IMG/VR virus record: IMGVR_UViG_3300033233_000011
Reading direction: 5' to 3' (one strand)
Source: an uncultured virus (IMG/VR IMGVR_UViG_3300033233_000011)
Taxonomy: Duplodnaviria; Heunggongvirae; Uroviricota; Caudoviricetes
Length of the DNA: 64,000 nt
Shown here one piece after another: positions 60,015-64,000 of this stretch; position 1 is the first letter of the stretch, and every line of letters begins with the position of its first letter. A program made the translations under genes and the position numbers. The notes beneath the pieces are model-generated. The model was given only the letters and a program-made list of their open reading frames with translations. It had not been told where the DNA came from and did no database searches.

Positions 60015-61184
60015 TTACCCGAGGATCTCCTCGACCCACTCGCGCATCCGCTTGCCGACGTGCTCCGCCCGGTGAGTCTCCGGGACTCGGCTACCAACCG
60101 GCGTACCGGCCCTCGCTTCCTGGAGCGCCGCGACGAGGGCGTCGAGGTCGTAGGCGGAGTAGCACGCGCCCGGTCCGTGCTCGTAACTCTCGTCGAAAGG
60201 GATGAGGCCCGTTGCAGGAACGAGGACGTCCCCGTCGTTCAGGAAGTCCCGCGGGCCGCCGCTGTCCGTCGTCACGACCTGCCGTCCGGAGAGCTTCGCC
60301 TCCAGCTCGGGCAATCCAATTCCTTCTCCTCGTGAAGCAGAGGCGTACACGTCGTGACTCGCGTGCAGCTCCAGCATCTGCCTCTTCGACAGGCGCCCAC
60401 GGATGATCCGGATCCACTCGATCGCAGCGCCCGCCGTCCAGTTGTTCTTTCCGAGACCCTCGTCGATCACTTCTTCTGGCGTCACGTACGGGTTGCCCTG
60501 CGGTCCGGCGTAAGCCGAGAGCTTCAAGGTCAGGCTCGCCTCGCCCGGCCTGAACGCCCGCATGAACGCCCGGATCAAATTGTCCGGAGCCTTTCTCGGC
60601 TCGAACCGGCCGACGTAGTAGAAGCGCCTGGACTCCTTGGGCGGCGGGATCTCTAAGTGCGGGTCGTCGTCGAAGTACGGGAACGGAATGAACGTGGAGT
60701 TCTTCACCCCACATCTCGTCAGCACCTCGTGGTTCATGCCGCACTGGGCCCAGACGCCGCGAAGTTGGTTCAACTCGTCCACGATGGCGGGTTCGATGTA
60801 CTGTCGCTCGAACATCGCGTGGAACGCCTGCGGCTCCCTGTCGAACTTCAGGTGCGAGATGGCCGGCAAGATCTTCTCGGCCCCAAACAGCGCCGCCGAG
60901 AACACGTGCAGGTCCCACTCGCTCACGAGCTTCGCGTAGGGCAGCGCGTCGATCACCTCCGGGTCCACCTTGCCGCTCGGCGACTCGTTCCACGAGTACA
61001 GGTGCACGTCGATCCCGCCCATGTGCATGGCCCGGGCGTTCGCGCGGGCGCAGATGCTCCAGCCGTCGTCCGGGCGCTGCCAGGGGGAGTGGTAGAGGAC
61101 GACCGGGCGGCCGTCGCGCGGGGCGGGGCGAAGCGGGCCGCGCTTCATCGCGGACAGGGCACGGTCGTAGCCTGAGACGGTCAC
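60015..61184 (-). CDS. GT4-like glycosyltransferase
   Basis: YVGRFEPRK..DNLIRAF, SRGEGIGLPELEA. Confidence 0.88.
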   Translation of the reverse strand: MTVSGYDRALSAMKRGPLRPAPRDGRPVVLYHSPWQRPDDGWSICARANARAMHMGGIDVHLYSWNESPSGKVDPEVIDALPYAKLVSEWDLHVFSAALFGAEKILPAISHLKFDREPQAFHAMFERQYIEPAIVDELNQLRGVWAQCGMNHEVLTRCGVKNSTFIPFPYFDDDPHLEIPPPKESRRFYYVGRFEPRKAPDNLIRAFMRAFRPGEASLTLKLSAYAGPQGNPYVTPEEVIDEGLGKNNWTAGAAIEWIRIIRGRLSKRQMLELHASHDVYASASRGEGIGLPELEAKLSGRQVVTTDSGGPRDFLNDGDVLVPATGLIPFDESYEHGPGACYSAYDLDALVAALQEARAGTPVGSRVPETHRAEHVGKRMREWVEEILG

Positions 61185-61302
61185 CGGTGCAGCCCCGCCG
61201 AGCACATCGTGAAGAGCGCGAGCACCAAGATCGCGGTGATGACCCATTCGAGGCGGTCCGCGATGCGGTTGAGCGCGCGCACGACTTCGTCACCCGGCGC
61301 GT

Positions 61303-61572
61303 TCACTTCTTCTCGTCGATTTCGTCGAGTTTTCGCTTGAGCCACCGCGCGCCGTTCTTGACGACGGAGTTGCGCGCGACTCGGCCGACGGCGCCCTGGT
61401 CGTCCTTCAGGCGCTGGTTCACGTCCTTCACCGCGCCCTGGACTTTCTTGACGAGCACCTTGGCGTCGTTCACGAACTCGTCGGGGTTGTCGAGCGCCTG
61501 TTGAATCGCGCCCTCGACGACGTGTCGCCAGGAGGGGCGCTCGGGCTCGGCTTCGGGCTTCTTCTTCGTCAT
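61303..61572 (-). CDS. Hypothetical protein
   Basis: GGAGG RBS. Confidence 0.6.
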   Translation of the reverse strand: MTKKKPEAEPERPSWRHVVEGAIQQALDNPDEFVNDAKVLVKKVQGAVKDVNQRLKDDQGAVGRVARNSVVKNGARWLKRKLDEIDEKK

Positions 61573-61788
61573 GCAGTTCCTCCGGCAGAGAGCTTCTGGG
61601 CCTTCGCCGTGCGAACGAGCCGCGTGAGCACTGTGTTCGAGCTGACGACTTTTCCTTCGACCTGGGTCAACTCGGCCGCCAACTCGTGCAGTCGTCGCCA
61701 GGCGTCCTCGGGGAGCCTTACCGAGATCGTTCGGATCTTCTTCGGCACGCGGCGAAAGTAGATCCTGGTGGCGGTGGTGTCAACGCCC

Positions 61789-62880
61789 TCAACGCAGCCA
61801 CTTGCTCCAAGCCGGAAAAGTCGCCGCCGCGAGCGCGGCCCCGCCGACGAGCCAGATGATCCCGCTCTTCTGCCCGCTCGTCGCGAGGCTCGACGGCATC
61901 TGCTCGCCGAGCGCCTTCGTGATCGTGCGCAGGCACGCCTCCAGGTTCTTCGCGTAGGCGTCCAGGCCCAGCTCGAAGTACCCGCTCGCGCGCATGGCCC
62001 GCGCGAAGTCGTACGCGGACCCGGTGTTCGCCGTCGCGAGTACGCTCGCGCGGTGGTGATCGACGTACAAGACGCGAATGAACGCCGCGAAGCCGTCGGC
62101 TGCGTTCGTGAACTTCATGAAGCAGGCGTTGTAAGGCGTGCCGTCGGCGTGGTGGTCGATGCACTCGAAGGATCCTGGGCCGCACGGTGGCCGACCCGAC
62201 TGCATCGATCCGAAGTTGAACGAGCCGACACCGCCGCAGCAGAGATCCGGTCCGTATTTGGTGCAGGCGTGTTGCCAGTTACCATAACCGGACTCGCAGA
62301 GCGCGATGCCCTGCGCGAACTGGGCCTCACGGAGAGTCGGCTCCTTGCCGAAGACCTGCCTGAAGCCGGCGACGACTCCGGCGCGAGCCGAGGCGTGCGT
62401 GAGCGCTTCTTCCTCGCCCTGCCCCAGCCACTCGAAACCCGAGCTGAGCCCGCACACGTGCGCGCCCAGGGCCCCCGCCGCCCTTCGCCGCTCGTCCCGG
62501 CGCTTCTCGACCGTCCCGAGCACGCGCCGGTGCTCCGCCGCGTCCCAGCCGAGCCCGACCCGCAGTCGCTCCGCCCAGCGGTCCGCGCCCGGCTCGTCCA
62601 TGGGCTCGCGGCGCTCCCACTGCCGCGCGTGACCGACCTCGTGCCCAAGGGCCCACTCGTGGACGGCTCCGAGGGTGTGCGGGCCGCCCGACTCGTCCGC
62701 GACCTCCACGAGGTCCTCGCCGTCCACGACGACGCGGCCCGGGGCGAAGTAGCTGGAGCGGTTCGGGGTCCGGTCCTGCCAGACGAGGCGCGGGTGGTTC
62801 GTGGTGAGGGAGGCCGCGCAGATCTTCTGGAAGAGCCCACGCGCTTCAGGAGGCTCGTCGTGGAGCCAGGCGGCGAGCAC
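61789..62880 (-). CDS. HExxH region plus glucosaminidase/lysozyme-like domain with C-terminal TM
   Basis: GHEVGH; IALCESGYG...NFGSMQ...F....DG...A....SGYF; hydrophobic tail. Confidence 0.6.
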   Translation of the reverse strand: MLAAWLHDEPPEARGLFQKICAASLTTNHPRLVWQDRTPNRSSYFAPGRVVVDGEDLVEVADESGGPHTLGAVHEWALGHEVGHARQWERREPMDEPGADRWAERLRVGLGWDAAEHRRVLGTVEKRRDERRRAAGALGAHVCGLSSGFEWLGQGEEEALTHASARAGVVAGFRQVFGKEPTLREAQFAQGIALCESGYGNWQHACTKYGPDLCCGGVGSFNFGSMQSGRPPCGPGSFECIDHHADGTPYNACFMKFTNAADGFAAFIRVLYVDHHRASVLATANTGSAYDFARAMRASGYFELGLDAYAKNLEACLRTITKALGEQMPSSLATSGQKSGIIWLVGGAALAAATFPAWSKWLR

Positions 62881-62883
62881 GGG

Positions 62884-63462
62884 CTACGCCTCGATCCACT
62901 CGATGACGCCCGGGACTCCGTGCAGCTTTCCGTACTGGTCGGCGGCGCTGGCCGACGTCTCCGCCGTCGCGCGCACGGACGCCGCGAAGGCCGCCGGCAT
63001 CTCGCCGGCCGGCAGCAGCAGCCGGTGCGCGAGCAGCACGGCCTGCCGGGCCGCCTGCGGGTAGAACTTCGACACGTTCTTCGCCCAGTCCGTGAGCGGC
63101 GAGGTGTCCTGCTTGGTCGCCTTCTTGATCCCGTCCTCGTACTGCTTCGCGACGTTCGGGGTCATCCCCTGCAACTCGCGCACGTAGTCGCCGAGCCCGA
63201 CCGCGTTCACGCCGGAGCCGTTGAGCTTCTCGATCACGTTGCCGAGGCGCGTGCGGTCCGTCGTGTGGAACGCGGCGAACTCCAGCATCACGATCTGGTC
63301 GTCGGTCAGGCGCGGCTGCTGCTGGTCCGTCGGCGGGAGAGTCTGCTCCGGTGCGGGCGCGGGCGCCTGATCCGTGGTGCTCTTCTTCCTCGACGCGACG
63401 AGGAGGCCGACGCCGACGCCCACGATGCCACCGATGACGAAGCTGATCGCGTCGGAGGCCAT
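62884..63462 (-). CDS. Protein with N-terminal membrane anchor
   Basis: FVIGGIVGVGVGLLVASRKK. Confidence 0.65.
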   Translation of the reverse strand: MASDAISFVIGGIVGVGVGLLVASRKKSTTDQAPAPAPEQTLPPTDQQQPRLTDDQIVMLEFAAFHTTDRTRLGNVIEKLNGSGVNAVGLGDYVRELQGMTPNVAKQYEDGIKKATKQDTSPLTDWAKNVSKFYPQAARQAVLLAHRLLLPAGEMPAAFAASVRATAETSASAADQYGKLHGVPGVIEWIEA

Positions 63463-64000
63463 CTACTTCAACGCGATCCACACGATGGTGCCGACCACGG
63501 CCGCCCCGACGACGTACAGGACCGCGTTCGACTTCGTGGGGGCGCCGCCGTCGCCCATCGGCAGGTCGGTGTCGCCGCTCGCGGCCGTGCTGCACGCGAC
63601 CGGCATGGAAGAATCGATCGACTTCACGGCAGCGGCCGTCACGTCGTTGTACTCGCCCGTCACGGACAAGCCGAACGCCTTCTGCACGCGGCTGACCATC
63701 GCTGGCGCGAGACCGCAGGCGCCCTTCGGCGTTTTCGAGACGAGCATCCAGGCGGTGTGAAGAGCCCGAACGGCAGAGCCGATTTCCTTCTGCGCGTCCG
63801 GTGGCAGGCTCTGGTACTGCTGCCGGTAGGTGTTCGGGTCCGTCTTCGATCCTGCGCCGCCCTGCCTCACCCCGGTGCCGGCGAGCTTCTTCAGCTCGTC
63901 CTTCACCCTCGACAACTTCGCGTCGAAGTCCTTGCGCCAGTCGAGGTAGACCTGCATGCCGGTGTCGTAGGCACCGATGTCGACCTGGGGATCGCCGCTG
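63463..64000 (-). CDS. Partial protein with peptidoglycan-binding-like segment and C-terminal TM
   Basis: VQKAFGLSVTGEYNDVTAAAV; VLYVVGAAVVGTIVWIALK; frame is open to the window edge. Confidence 0.6.
   Translation of the reverse strand, partial: SGDPQVDIGAYDTGMQVYLDWRKDFDAKLSRVKDELKKLAGTGVRQGGAGSKTDPNTYRQQYQSLPPDAQKEIGSAVRALHTAWMLVSKTPKGACGLAPAMVSRVQKAFGLSVTGEYNDVTAAAVKSIDSSMPVACSTAASGDTDLPMGDGGAPTKSNAVLYVVGAAVVGTIVWIALK

Noticed and set aside
1..64000. tRNA or rRNA genes
   Set aside because: No cloverleaf with T-loop/D-loop consensus or rRNA-like segment was recognised by eye; a tRNAscan run would be needed to exclude them

Overview
This GC-rich window reads as part of a large bacteriophage or virus genome. 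The host is probably a myxobacterium-like organism; that is inferred only from the high GC content and a Cys-rich lipoprotein. No terminase, portal, tape-measure or recognisable major capsid gene is visible. Layout: (1) 1-18.1 kb is a leftward block of small, tightly overlapping early-type genes, with an XF1762-family protein, a tyrosine recombinase, a Cro-like HTH and a Ycf46-like AAA+ ATPase. (2) 18.15-18.64 kb is a repeat-rich divergence region. (3) 18.6-33.5 kb is a rightward block with a second tyrosine recombinase, a ParB-like protein, an M15 peptidase, holin-like and glutaredoxin-like genes, an HNH, TnpB and a kinase-like gene. (4) 33.5-64 kb is a leftward block with virion-like fibre/beta-helix/LamG proteins, a second TnpB, a phosphatase, HNHs, a glycosylation/methylation cluster and membrane-anchored muralytic enzymes. 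Most unusual signals: 16 otherwise unrelated proteins carry a terminal (F/L)SNP peptide tag, including 7 consecutive genes that all end in FSNP. A second shared N-terminal tag, MFDLYDGY, occurs on four proteins. Eight early genes share a start-associated sequence, AGGAGACCGACC(A)0-2ATG, and eight TAGG-N8-CCTA operator-like palindromes lie in the same block. An ~83-nt hairpin has a loop region antisense to that start sequence. Several endonuclease insertions regenerate the 5' end or RBS of the gene they interrupt. All calls come from motif reading by eye, with no database searches. A few apparent single-base frameshifts may be sequencing errors.
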